A stretch of 64,000 nt of DNA from Chloroflexota bacterium. GTDB lineage: Bacteria > Chloroflexota > UBA11872 > VXOZ01. The notes below the pieces were generated by a model. It did no database searches. It saw only the letters and a program-made list of their open reading frames with translations, and was not told the DNA's origin. Below, one piece after another: positions 10,358 through 21,881 of this stretch; position 1 is the first letter of the stretch, and every line of letters starts with the position of its first letter. Location of the stretch: positions 2,272,001-2,336,000 of the forward strand of contig OZ244922.1 of the NCBI GenBank assembly GCA_965221905.1, given 5' to 3'. Position numbers and translations under genes: made by a program.

Positions 10358-13300
10358 GTGGTACCTGACGAATCAAGCCGGCTTTTGTTCCGTTGCCTCA
10401 GTCTAGACCTGGAAATTAGCACTCGCGACGACCGCATCTACGCGTTAGCCGGAGTGCGCCCAGACACCGGCAAGTCTCTTGTCTTCCCCTCAGAAGGCCA
10501 GAGCATAACCGCCGCATTGTCTAGGCTAGACAATCTCAGTGGGGGCGCGGACTTTCTGCTAGGCCACAATCTGATCGCCTTCGATTTGCCAAAGCTGCAA
10601 GCTGCCAATCCCAGCTTACGGCTGTTGCGGCTGCCCGCCGTGGATACCCTTCGCCTCAATCCCCTCGCCTTCCCGCGCAATCCGTATCACCACCTGGTCA
10701 AGCATTACCAAGACGGGCAACTCAGGCGGGGGAAAATTAACGATCCGGAACTGGACGCGCGACTAACGTTGGAGGTCTTTAGCGACCAGCAAAAGGCCCT
10801 GCGCGCTGCGCCGGCCGACCTGCTAACAGCCTGGCATTGGCTGACGAGTGTACAAGATGGCACAGGATTCGATTGGGTATTCACGTTGCTCCGAGGCTCA
10901 GGCAGGCCCTCCGATTCTGAGGCGCATGAAGCAATTCGCAGACGGCTGACCGGCAACGCCTGCGTGACTCATGGGAATGAGGCCATAGCGAATGCATCCT
11001 GCCACGGCTGGCCACTAGCCTATGCGCTGGCCTGGCTGTCAGTGGCTGGCAGCAATTCGGTCATGCCGCCCTGGGTGCGGCACCAGTTTCCCGAAGCGGG
11101 ACACCTGGTGAGGCAGCTGCGCGACATCGCGTGTGCGGATTCTGCCTGCAACTGGTGCCAGGAACGGCACAACGCCCGCAAGGAACTTACTCGCTGGTTC
11201 GGCTTCACCGAATTCCGTCCCGAGCCGACGGATGAGTCCGGCCGGCCCATGCAGCAGTCTATTGTCGTAGCTGCCTTGGCGGGAGAACATCTGCTCGGGA
11301 TCCTGCCCACCGGCGCCGGCAAGTCGCTGTGCTACCAGATACCGGCGCTTTCCCGTTACGACAAGACCGGCGCATTGACGGTAGTGATTTCTCCTTTGGT
11401 CGCCCTAATGGCCGACCAGGTGGCGGGACTTGAAGCAAGAGGAGTCGATTCTTGCGTTACCATAAACGGTCTCTTGTCCATGCCAGAGCGGAGCGATGCG
11501 CTTGATCGGGTACGGCTCGGGGATGCCGGCATCCTCATCATATCACCCGAGCAGCTTCGCAGCGTCAGTGTGCGCCGTGTCTTGAGCCAACGTGAAATCG
11601 GCGCGTGGGTGCTAGACGAGGCCCACTGTCTCTCGAAGTGGGGGCACGCCTTCCGTCCCGACTATCGGTACGTTGGGCGATTCATACGCAAGAGGGCAGG
11701 GGAAGAGCCGATTCCGCCGGTGCTGTGCCTAACAGCGACTGCCAAGCCTGATGTCATAGCGGAACTCGTTGACTACTTTCAGAAAGAGCTAAATATCAGC
11801 TTGAAAGTCTTCGACGGCGGCGCGCGACGCACCAACCTAGAATTCGTGGTGGTACAAACAAGCGTTGGAGAGAAGCTCGCCCACATTCACCAAATCCTTA
11901 CGTCTGATCTACCAGATGATGAGTCGGGCGGGGCCATCGTGTACTGCGCGACGCAGCGACAAGCTAGAGAAGTCGCCGAGTTCCTGCAGGAAAAGGGGGT
12001 CGAGTCAGACTTCTTTCACGCGGGCCTGCCGCCGGAAACCAAGAAGGACGTCCAGCAGCGCTTCATCCATGGCGGTTTGCAGGTCATAGTCGCTACCAAC
12101 GCCTTCGGCATGGGAATCGATAAGCCGGACGTGCGGCTAGTGATCCACGCCGACATGCCGGGTTCCTTAGAGAACTATCTGCAGGAGGCGGGACGTGCGG
12201 GACGAGATCAGCGGGCGGCCCGCTGCGTGCTTCTCTACACAATGGAGGACGTGGAGCGCCAATTCGGTATGTCAGCCCGCTCACGGCTCACACGACGAGA
12301 AATCCACGGCGTCCTGCGCGCTCTGCGGAATCTGGACCGAAAGAAGCGCTTGGGAGGCGAGGTGGTGGCCACCGCCGGTGAGATCCTTGGTGAGGACGAC
12401 GAGAAGGCATTTCAGCGAGACTCCGCCACTGACGACACGCGCACGCGGACCGCGGTAGCTTGGCTGGAGGAATCTGAGCTACTGAACCGAGAAGAAAACC
12501 ACGTACAGATCTTTCCTTCCTCTCTACGGGTCAGTTCAGTGAGCGAAGCAAGTGCCAAGCTCAAGAAGGCCCACATTAGGGATGACTACCGCCGACATTT
12601 AATGACCATCTCAGAGGCGCTGATCGATGCGGATTCCGACGATGGCATCTCCACAGACGAACTCATGGCCGCATCGGGATTGAACTCAGAGGGTGTGCGA
12701 GCCGCACTGTACGACCTGGAGCGAATGGGTATTGCCAGTAACGATACGGTGTTGACCGCCTTCGTGCACGCAGGGGTGCAACGGGCTTCCCGCCAACGCT
12801 TCGAGCAAGCGGCAAATCTGGAGAAGGCCCTGATCGACCTCCTACAAGAGACAGCACCGGATATGGAAAAGGGGGACTCGTCAACGCTGCATCTGCGTGT
12901 GGCGACCCAAAGACTGAAGGACGAAGGTCATGCCTTTGCTCTGCCGGAATTCGTGCGTCGGATAATCCGCAGCATTGCCGCCGACGGGCGGGGCGAAGGT
13001 GGGGGTGGAGGAAGTCTTGGCGTGCGCGGGCGGGACAGGGAGACCCTGCAGGTAACCCTGCAACGCGACTGGAGTAGCTTGAAGAAGACCGCCGAATTGC
13101 GTCGTGCAGCCGCCAAGCGACTACTCGATCATCTGCTTGCCATTCTGCCTTCGGGAAGCCGCGGCACAGATCTGTTAGTCGAGACAACGTTGGGAAAGCT
13201 ACTGGCGGCCATCAGGTCTGACTTGACACTAACAAACGCAGTCAAGGACCCCGGCAAACTAACGGATCGCGCGCTGCTATGGCTGCACGAGCAGGAAGTC

Positions 13301-15484
13301 ATCCGCCTAAACAAGGGCTTAACCGTGTTTCGCCCGGCCATGACCATCCGCTTGCAGCCGGAGCGGCGCGGCTTCGCCCAGGCCGACTATACATCCCTCA
13401 AGCTTCATTACGACGAGCAAGTATTGCAGATTCACGTGATGGCGGAATACGTGCAGCAGGGCCTAGCGGCCATGGCGGATGCGCTGCGATTGGCCATGGA
13501 CTATTTCAGCTTGCGCAGAGAAGATTTCCTGCGTCGATGGCTGCCAGATCGAGACCAGGAGTTTTCCCGTCAGACCACACCGGAATCGTGGCAAGCCATC
13601 GTCGAAAGTCTAAGAAACCCAATCCAAAGAAGAATTGTTGCGGACGATAGAGAACAGACGAATGTCTTGGTGCTTGCCGGCCCCGGCTCGGGCAAAACAC
13701 GAGTGCTCGTGCATCGTATTGCCTACCTGATACGCGTCAGGCGCGAGAACCCTCGCAGCATCCTAGCTCTCTCCTACAATCGGCATGCCGCGGTCGAGAT
13801 TCGCCGCCGCCTTGCAGAACTCATTGGTGACGACGCCCGGGGCGTGATTGTGCTCACCTGCCACGCGCTCGCCATGCGGCTGGTTGGCGCGAGCTTTACA
13901 GGGCGTGCGAATAGCCTGAGCGAAGGAGATTTCCAGACTATCCTGAAACAGGCAGTGGACCTGCTCCGCGGGGAAGGATTGGAGCCGGATGAAGCTGATG
14001 AGTATCGAGCGCGGCTGCTGGCGGGTTTTCGCTGGATACTCGTTGACGAATACCAGGATAGTGGACCGGACCAATATGCGCTGATTTCCGCACTGGCGGG
14101 GAGAACGCTTTCCGAGGAAGACGATAAGATCAGTCTATTTGCGGTGGGTGACGACGATCAGAACATATACGCTTTCAATGGCTCTTCGGTGGAGTTCATC
14201 CGTCGCTTCGAAGAGGACTATGCAGCTAGACCCACGTTCCTCACTGACAACTATCGCTCTACAGCCAACATCATCGAGGCGGCCAATAGGGTAATTTAGC
14301 CGGCGCACCAGCGAATGAAGACCGGGCATCCAATTCACGTCAATCGAGCGCGCGCAAAGGACTCGCCTGGCGGCACGTGGGCTGGATTTGATCCGGTCGC
14401 CAGGGGTCGAGTCCTGATGCTGGAAACTGGAGACACCCCAATCTCCCAAGCACAGGCGGTCGTTGCTGACCTCAAGCGAATGGCAGGCCTTTCGCCCACC
14501 TGGGACTGGTCCGACTGCGCGGTGATCGCGCGCGAATGGAGTTATCTGGACCCAGTGCGCAGCCTTTGCGAACTTGAAGGCATTCCCGTGCAAATGGCAA
14601 ACGAGGAATTCACGGGCGTCTGGCATCTGCGGGAAACGCAAGCGCTTGTGAATTGGCTGCGCGGCAGAGAATCCCGCTTAGTGACGAGCGCCGGTCTGGA
14701 GGATTGGATAGCTCAGCAGCCATCAGGCATTTGGAATGAATTGTTGCTGGAAGCCATAGCCGAATTCGCGCTGGAGACAAGCGGCACGGAATCACCGGTG
14801 GATAACTTCATCGAGTGGCTGGCAGAGTGGGCACGGGAAGTGCGCCGCCGCCAGCGAGGGCTGTTGCTGCTCACCGCTCATCGCGCCAAAGGCTTAGAAT
14901 TCAATCACGTCGTCGTGCTCGCCGGCGGCTGGGGCCGCGTAGGCCGTGACGAGGACGTCGATGCTCCACGCAGACTCTATTATGTGGCGATGACCCGCGC
15001 GCGGCAGACTCTCACCCTTGCGCAACTTTCAGGAGATCAGCCATTCCAGGCAGCCTTTTCCGGCCTGCCATCGGTACAGCCTCGCAAGCCACTCCGCAAC
15101 CTTCCTCCGGCACGGCCGGAACTGACCCGTCAGTATCGGCGGCTCAGCCTGCGCGACATCTTTCTGAGCTTTCCCGCGTACAAGCCCTCCGGTCATCCGG
15201 TTCACCACGCCATTGCAGCGCTCTCGCCCGGAGATTCGTTGGATTTGCAGTCCGGTCCAAAACGCTGGGAGCTCTTGGATCGCGAGGGGACGGTCGTCGG
15301 GCAACTCGCAAGTAATTTCGCGCCACCCGATGGCATGAGCTGCACCTCTGCTACGGTTCTAGCGATCGTTACATGGGACAAAGAGAAGTCCGAGCCGCAA
15401 TTCCAAGGCAACTTTCGCTGCGAAAACTGGGAAGTCGTAGTACCGGAGTTGGTATTCGAGCCAGAGCGCCAGTCGGCGAACTGA
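10358..15484 (+). pseudogene. Exonuclease-like + RecQ (SF2) + UvrD (SF1) double-helicase fusion (~1708 codons) interrupted by one in-frame TAG at 14297-14299
   Basis: N-terminal LDLE...GHNLIAFD; RecQ motifs PTGAGKSLCYQ, DEAH, TATA, ATNAFGMGIDK, QEAGRAGRD; UvrD motifs AGPGSGKT, DEYQD, GDDDQNIY, NYRS. ORF 14315..15484 is in the same frame and supplies UvrD C-terminal motifs (TAHRAKGLEF, RRLYYVAMTRAR). Junction reads ANRVI*PAHQRMK. Confidence 0.85.
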
Positions 15485-15907
15485 CTTGTGCTTCTGATGC
15501 AATTGTCCAATTCCGTTTCGGTCTGTGAATTTGGAAGTGAATCGGCTTTCACGTTATCGCCCTGGGAGACTTTCATATTTGGAGAGTCCGGAGTGTCGCT
15601 CTGCCTGCAGGCGCCACTCGGATAGTGGCGGTCCATGCGGGCAATGCAGGAACAGTTAGAAGCGTAGGGCGAGTTGATTCTAATTCTCGCTTTCAGCTTG
15701 TCCGGCTTACTCTCAAAGCCCAGGACCGCAACGACGCCTGCCCTTTAGCGTCCCCCTGCGTGGCGCCCGGCAAGGGACAGTCTACAGTGCGATCTTCGGT
15801 GTCCCTTGCGCAACTTGGCTGTGATATCCTACCTTCTGAGGCAACCTCTCGATACGGAATTCAGCGTCGAATTCAGGGGGGTTGGACTTTCAGGAGTTTT
15901 AGCTGCT

Positions 15908-17824
15908 ATGGGACCCTTCCTCGAAAGATGGCGCCGTATCGGCACGCGCCTGTATCTGGCTTTGGGAATTGCCGTAATCCTAACTCTGATTTCCGGTGCA
16001 GTAGGAGTCTTCTATTTCGAGCAGAGCGGCGACCTGAATTACCAGGTGCGGAATGAGTCCGTGCCGGCGCTGGAAGCAACATGGACTGTCGCTCGAGAGA
16101 CGGAGCGTTTGCGAAATCTGGGACTGGGATTGGCAGCCGAGCCTGATTTGGGGTTCCAAGGCTTGGCGAGGGGCACTGTGGTCGACTCCTTGGAACGGCT
16201 GGACTCTGCCTTGAATGTGGTGAGCGGCGTAGCAGAACTATCGGCGGAGGCGCAGGTAGTAAGCGATGCGGCATACGACCTAGCCGACGTAATAGACAAT
16301 CTGGAACGAAACCGTGAAGCGTTGCTGGGCACAAACCGGGTTGCCGCCGACTATCGTTTGATTCTGGCCACGAGCAGGTCGGACGCAGGTGAGTCCGAGG
16401 CGGCATTGTCGGTGCTGCGACAGGTGCTGGAGGCTAAAGACGAGACAGAATTGCAGAGACTGTGGGACGAATTTACAAGGCTGTACGCCACCGGCATAGA
16501 CCCGAGAGTGGCATCTCTGGGGGAGGGCCAGGGCGTATTCTATGTCCGCAGCCTTCAACTGGCACTGGAAGCAAACACAAGAGACCTCGCTGCATCATTT
16601 GAAGCGTCTAGTGTGACTCTGGAAAACGCGGTTTCCCGTCTACTGGCGGCGTCCCAGTCCCATTCCGCGGAGTCACTTGGACTGGCGGTCGGCAGCTTTG
16701 ACGAAGGACGGACCCTCTTGACGGCCATTAGCGTTATCAGCGTGATCGTGGCGACGCTGGCAGCATGGCTATGGGTGGGAAACGGCATGGTGCGGCGACT
16801 CTCGCGCATGTCGGAGCGCATGCGGCGCATGGCAGAGGGAGACTTGGAAACTCCGGTCCCGGAAGTGGGGCAAGATGAGATTGGTGAGTTGGCAAGCGCG
16901 CTGGAAGTGTTCCGCGAACAAGCGCTGGAAGTCCAACGCCTCAACCTCGTTGAGAAGCTTTATGAAGAGCTGCGCCAGACCAATGATGAGTTGAAACGGA
17001 CCCAAGCGCGCCTCATCGCCCAGGAGAAACTTGCCGCCCTTGGTGAGCTGGTCTCCGGGGTCGCCCACGAAATGAGGAACCCGTTGAACTTTGTCAACAA
17101 CTTCTCCGAAGGAACGCTTGAACTTTACAGCGAACTAAAGGAGATGTTGGACACATATCGGGATAAGATGTCGGCTGATGATTCGGCGCTGCTGGACGAT
17201 ATCAGTGAGGAGATGAACACAAGCCTCAACCGCGTTCTTTCGAACGGGGGACGCGCGCTGGCCATCGTGGAGCGAATGCGGGGTCTGGGAGTAGTGGGCG
17301 GAGATCCGGTGATGACCGAGTTGAACGGCATTCTGCGCGATGCGGTGCAAGCGGGATGCAACAACTATAGCGCCGACGTAGCGGACTTCACCGTGCGGAC
17401 GGTCTTCGACTTAGATCCGGCGGTGGGAGAACTATCCCTGGTTGAGACAGACTTTGGTGAAGCAATGTTGAACTTGGTGAGAAACGCCTGCTATGCCATG
17501 GAACTGAAGAAAGAAGCATCCGATGTAGCGTATGAGCCGATTCTGGCGGTCTCGTCGCGCTTAGTCAACGACATGGTGGAAATCCGAGTCCGCGACAACG
17601 GCACCGGTATCAAGGATGACGTTCTCAGCCAGATATTCAATCCCTTCTTCTCAACTCGGGAAGGCGTTTCAGGCGCCGGGCTCGGACTTCCCATCGCCGC
17701 TGACGTTGCCCGCAGGTTTGGAGGCGACCTGTCTGTGGACACAGTTTACGGTGAGTACACTGAATTCGCCATGTTACTACCGACGACTACGACTGCTCCA
17801 ACGGAGACCGGCTCACTGGTCTAG
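15908..17824 (+). CDS. Membrane sensor histidine kinase (2 TM, periplasmic domain, HAMP, HisKA, HATPase)
   Basis: HAMP GDLE..VP..GQDEIGEL; H-box EKLAALGELVSGVAHEMRNPL; NLVRNA, DNGTGI, IFNPFFST, GAGLGL. AGGAG RBS precedes ATG 15908. Confidence 0.9.
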   Translation: MGPFLERWRRIGTRLYLALGIAVILTLISGAVGVFYFEQSGDLNYQVRNESVPALEATWTVARETERLRNLGLGLAAEPDLGFQGLARGTVVDSLERLDSALNVVSGVAELSAEAQVVSDAAYDLADVIDNLERNREALLGTNRVAADYRLILATSRSDAGESEAALSVLRQVLEAKDETELQRLWDEFTRLYATGIDPRVASLGEGQGVFYVRSLQLALEANTRDLAASFEASSVTLENAVSRLLAASQSHSAESLGLAVGSFDEGRTLLTAISVISVIVATLAAWLWVGNGMVRRLSRMSERMRRMAEGDLETPVPEVGQDEIGELASALEVFREQALEVQRLNLVEKLYEELRQTNDELKRTQARLIAQEKLAALGELVSGVAHEMRNPLNFVNNFSEGTLELYSELKEMLDTYRDKMSADDSALLDDISEEMNTSLNRVLSNGGRALAIVERMRGLGVVGGDPVMTELNGILRDAVQAGCNNYSADVADFTVRTVFDLDPAVGELSLVETDFGEAMLNLVRNACYAMELKKEASDVAYEPILAVSSRLVNDMVEIRVRDNGTGIKDDVLSQIFNPFFSTREGVSGAGLGLPIAADVARRFGGDLSVDTVYGEYTEFAMLLPTTTTAPTETGSLV

Positions 17825-17887
17825 ACAAGTGCCGCCGGCACTAACTCACTCAGGCGCCACTACCGTTGCAGGATGCCTGCGCTCGCC

Positions 17888-19096
17888 TCAACGCCTGCGC
17901 AGAATCAGGTGAGCGAAGACACCAATGGCGAAGATGAATGCCAAGCCCTGGATAGCCATCAGGGTCACACGCCTGCGTGGCGTTGATGCAATGCCTCCCA
18001 GCGTATTGCGGATGCGGGGCAGGGCGTCACCTACCACGGGGACAGCAGGCAGATCCAAGTCGCGTCGATCAGGCTGCAACTCCGGTTCGACTGTGGCCTG
18101 TTCATCCGGCCCCGTTGTCGAACCGGCAGCAGACTCGGCCGCGAAAGCGGCACCAGTCTCGGCCGTGGGTGTGGCAACCGTCTCGGCCCTAGGGGTCGCA
18201 ATGGGTGCGACTGTGGGCACAGCCTTGAGTGTTTGAGTTGGTGTTGGCGTGGGCGCCGGCGTCGGTGTGGGGGTAGGCGTCGGCGGGGGTGGCGGCGGCG
18301 GAATTGGTGTAGGTGTAGGTGTAGGCACGGGCGCGGGCGCGGGCGTGGGTGGGGGCGGGGGAATCGGTGTGGGCCTCGGCGTTGGTGTGGGTGTGGGCGG
18401 CGGCGGTGGGACCGGCGTTGGCGGAGGAATTGGCGTGGGTGAAATAACCGGTATGGCAGTGGGCGTAGGCGTGGGTGTTGGCGTTGGAGTCGGGGTAGGC
18501 GGCGGTGGCGGAATCGGCGTTGGGATAGGAGTTGGCGTGGGTGCAATTATTGGGGTGGCAGTAGGCGTAGGCGTGGGTGTTGGCGTTGGAGTCGGGGTAG
18601 GCGGCGGTGGCGGAATCGGCGTTGGGATAGGAGTTGGTGACGGTGTTGGCGTCCGAGGGGGACCATCACTCTTGTAACTCACCGTTTCACTGGATGGAGA
18701 GCCTACGCTATAGCCATCCTTTTCATCATCAAATAGAGAATTTATCTCGATTCGGATCGTCCGATTTCCCTTATCCTCCAGACCATAGCTGCCTGATTTG
18801 CAGGTGTCACCGACACGGAATACGAAGGCAATCAGCGCAGCAGCGTAGCCATCTTCCGTCGAATCGAACACGATGACCCCACCTCTGACCTGATCCGGTT
18901 CCGATGTGATAACCGGACTAATGCATACTGAGTACCTGATTTGTGTCCCATCCTGATACGCGCCACCCATTTTTACCGAATACTCTTCTCCAAATACAAC
19001 GTTGTCGGGCTGAAGAGCAAGGGCAGAGACAGCAATGCAAAGAGCCAGGACGATCCGCTTGGCAAAAGGGGATTTGAGGTGACTCAAAAACCGCAA
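17888..19096 (-). CDS. Exported Pro/Thr-rich stalk protein with C-terminal membrane anchor
   Basis: N-terminal signal-like segment, small beta-rich domain with two Cys, ~150 aa of PT/PPP repeats, C-terminal hydrophobic helix ending in RRR. Confidence 0.75.
   Translation of the reverse strand: MRFLSHLKSPFAKRIVLALCIAVSALALQPDNVVFGEEYSVKMGGAYQDGTQIRYSVCISPVITSEPDQVRGGVIVFDSTEDGYAAALIAFVFRVGDTCKSGSYGLEDKGNRTIRIEINSLFDDEKDGYSVGSPSSETVSYKSDGPPRTPTPSPTPIPTPIPPPPPTPTPTPTPTPTPTATPIIAPTPTPIPTPIPPPPPTPTPTPTPTPTPTAIPVISPTPIPPPTPVPPPPPTPTPTPRPTPIPPPPPTPAPAPVPTPTPTPIPPPPPPPTPTPTPTPAPTPTPTQTLKAVPTVAPIATPRAETVATPTAETGAAFAAESAAGSTTGPDEQATVEPELQPDRRDLDLPAVPVVGDALPRIRNTLGGIASTPRRRVTLMAIQGLAFIFAIGVFAHLILRRR
18462..18637. 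repeat. Near-exact ~75-bp internal duplication (102-bp period) in the Pro-rich stalk
   Basis: GGCGTAGGCGTGGGTGTTGGCGTTGGAGTCGGGGTAGGCGGCGGTGGCGGAATCGGCGTTGGGATAGGAGTTGG starts at both 18462 and 18564. Confidence 0.85.
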
Positions 19097-19729
19097 GAGT
19101 TGACCCTTTTCACTTCACCTTGCGTTACGGCATTGTAAACTGTGCTGAAAAGGTATCGGCATAGACATGGCTGAGAGTGCGCCGCAGCTCAAGACAACGT
19201 CGTCCGGTCGCCTGCAACAATTCTGCTCCGCTGCCGTCAATATGCCACAAGGGCCGAATAGACGGCTTTCGGATTACTCCGAAGAACTACCTCCAAGCCA
19301 ATGTGCGAGCTAGAGTTGATTCCGCTCTTTCCGTGTCGTCGCACGAAGCCCGTGCTCTCCTGGAGAGAGCAAAGCTCTGGACCGTGTTGCACGGCAGAGG
19401 CACAATGAATTCACCTCTATTCCGTGTGCAGTGTACCATGATGCCACGGCGTATCGGCGATGGCGGGCAGGCTTCAAGACCATCTGGTGTCAACCTGTCA
19501 CACTCCTAATACTAGTACTTCTAGTTCAGCTTTCCAGTCATGCCGGTTTAGCCCGTACTTGTACACTCGTTCTCACATGATGTGCTATCCCAAGGGTGCG
19601 GGTGCCGTTCAAGGGCAGATCGAGCACAATAACATCAATCCACTGCCATTACCTGATAACAGGCGCCGCTGGTCAATTCCTTACGTCCTGGCATACGACG
19701 GTAAGTATGAGTGGAGGGCCTTGCCCCGA

Positions 19730-19773
19730 CGCCTGGCGACGCCTGGCGTCGCCTGGCGTCGCCTGGCGTCGCC
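19730..19773. repeat. 10-bp tandem repeat (CGCCTGGCGW)x4.4 directly upstream of a TATACT hexamer
   Basis: cgcctggcga cgcctggcgt cgcctggcgt cgcctggcgt cgcc; TATACT at 19780-19785. Confidence 0.9.
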
Positions 19774-19820
19774 TTGCATTATACTATCGGCACGGGAGAC
19801 CTTTTTCCCTCGAGGAGGCC

Positions 19821-21881
19821 GTGATGCCGATAGGCGAGCCCGGACAAATAGAAAACCGCGGATTCGAATTTGACGACGGTAGCGGGCTGCGGGTGGCGCA
19901 GGTCCGCTTTGAGTCTGAATCCAAGTTCTCTTGGTCGCTGTTCGACGGCTACGACCGCATCCGCATTCTCACCTATTCCGCAGGGGTTGGCGCGATCGTG
20001 CGGCTGCTTGAAAGGCATGGCTTTAGCGATTTCGAGTGCGTATTTGGGTGCGAGAGCACGCTGCGCACACTGAAGGACATCATGGCATTCCAGCAGGTGG
20101 CCATCAGCGACACCCGGGCCGCCATCAAGAACCTATCGGACGAACGCCACGCCTTCATTCTCAGCCGCGTCAGGGAAGGGCAAGCCCGCTTTTGGGTGCT
20201 GCGCAAACAGATCGCCCACGCCAAACTCTACCTGCTTGAGAACACGGAGACCGGTAGCACCCGTACCCTTGTAGGCTCCGCGAACCTATCGGAGACAGCC
20301 TTTGGGGGACACCAATTAGAGACACTGCTCTGCTTCGACAATGATGACGCTGCGTGGCGGCACTACCTTGGCATGTATGAATCCATCAGGGACCGGGCGT
20401 CGGATGAAATACCCCTGCCACCTGAACGGATCGAGAATTCGGAGATAACGCTGCAGGAAGTGCCGGTGCTCGATCCTGAAGATATTTCCAACTTGGTAAT
20501 TGAACCATCGGAAGGCGAGCTAGGCCAAGGCGATGGCGCCCACATCGCCGTTCCCGCGCAAATAGAGCGCATTGAGAAGATGAAAGCGGCGATTCCGCCG
20601 GTGGTAGCGAACCTGATGCCGCCGCTGCGTAACGGCAGACAGCACGTGACCCCCGATATCAGGCGCAAGATCGTGCGGGAGTCCAGCCGCATTCGCACTG
20701 TGCAAAACGAGGAAGACGCCGACCATCGAGAACTATCCATCGACAGGGACACAAAGAGCGTACTGCTCCTCGGCGATCCGTATTCCCTCGAAGCCGATCT
20801 CACCGCCGCGAAGAAAGACGCAGCCTTGCTGGTGGAGTTCTTCAGCAACTACGAGGGTACGTTCGAAGGCGGTATGGGGGTTGAGCGGCTCCAGCGAGAC
20901 TACTTCATCCTCTGGTCGTGGCTCTACTTCTCGCCCTTCATGTGCGACATGCGCACGCTGGCGGGCCACCAGGGGGACATCTTTCGGTTCCCGTCGTTCG
21001 CCATCGTCTACGGCAAGCCGTCTTGCGGCAAGTCCAGCCTGATCGAGACTCTCATGACTTCCATGTTCGGCAAGCCCTATAGCATCGATAAGCGCGAGTT
21101 CACCCGGGCCAGACTGAGAGACCTTCAGTACGCGTACAAGCGATTCCCCGCCGTGTTCGACGATATCGGCAGGTCGGCAATTCGGAGCCACGGCGAGGAT
21201 GTCATCAAGGACGAGAACCCGCCACGGGTCCCGGAATACCCCTGTTTCGTGCTCTCGATGAATCAAGAGCTGAAGGCCTTTACCGATCAGATCGTCAAGC
21301 GCAGCCTGATGATCTACACCACCACGGCGCTTCCCTCCTACAAGGATAAGCTGCGCCACGATTTGCACCTGAAGATACAGGAAGTGCGCCGCAGCCTCTC
21401 CACGCATCTCTATCGCGAATACCTGCGCAGGGCGCTCGCTCAACTTGACGAAGACCCCCAACCCGATGACTGGCTCGCGTTCTCCTCAACCATCCTCGCC
21501 GGGTTGATTGGCGAATTGCTGGACGACAATCCACCGCAATGGTGCGCGCCCATTACGTGGGATGAATACGCGGACAAACGCCACGAGCGGGTCAAGTCTC
21601 AGCTCGAGCACCTCCTGCGGCCCGCCACCCGGATAAAGAAGGAGGGCGACCGGCCCACCGGCTGGATTCTGGAGGCGGAAAAGGTCATCGTCATCGAGCA
21701 GAAAGACACCTTCGGAAGGCGCGAGTTCGACTGGGAAAACGTGCCCTCCACCCTCATCGACGACAACGCCAGCGTCGGCGGCCGCACCGTGCTCAACCGC
21801 AAAGAACTGGAAGAATTCCTAGACAGGAAGCTTACCGGGGGAGGAATTCGATTCCTGGATAAGCTGTTTGGTCGGAGTTGA
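19821..21881 (+). CDS. PLD-family (BfiI/NgoFVII-like) nuclease domain fused to a P-loop NTPase; putative restriction/defence protein
   Basis: PLD nuclease motif HAKLYLLE...VGSANLS; Walker A GKPSCGKS; Walker B-like AVFDD. GAGGAGG RBS precedes GTG 19821/ATG 19824. Confidence 0.72.
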   Translation: MMPIGEPGQIENRGFEFDDGSGLRVAQVRFESESKFSWSLFDGYDRIRILTYSAGVGAIVRLLERHGFSDFECVFGCESTLRTLKDIMAFQQVAISDTRAAIKNLSDERHAFILSRVREGQARFWVLRKQIAHAKLYLLENTETGSTRTLVGSANLSETAFGGHQLETLLCFDNDDAAWRHYLGMYESIRDRASDEIPLPPERIENSEITLQEVPVLDPEDISNLVIEPSEGELGQGDGAHIAVPAQIERIEKMKAAIPPVVANLMPPLRNGRQHVTPDIRRKIVRESSRIRTVQNEEDADHRELSIDRDTKSVLLLGDPYSLEADLTAAKKDAALLVEFFSNYEGTFEGGMGVERLQRDYFILWSWLYFSPFMCDMRTLAGHQGDIFRFPSFAIVYGKPSCGKSSLIETLMTSMFGKPYSIDKREFTRARLRDLQYAYKRFPAVFDDIGRSAIRSHGEDVIKDENPPRVPEYPCFVLSMNQELKAFTDQIVKRSLMIYTTTALPSYKDKLRHDLHLKIQEVRRSLSTHLYREYLRRALAQLDEDPQPDDWLAFSSTILAGLIGELLDDNPPQWCAPITWDEYADKRHERVKSQLEHLLRPATRIKKEGDRPTGWILEAEKVIVIEQKDTFGRREFDWENVPSTLIDDNASVGGRTVLNRKELEEFLDRKLTGGGIRFLDKLFGRS

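Noticed and set aside
8933-15484. RecQ-UvrD fusion as the functional replacement for HerA
   Set aside because: Separated from the operon by an opposite-strand cupin gene and a spacer; proximity is the only evidence.
18249-18677. Gly/Val-rich ORF
   Set aside because: Reverse complement of the Pro/Thr stalk codons.
19730-19773. CRISPR array
   Set aside because: 10-bp units with no spacers, and no cas genes in the window.
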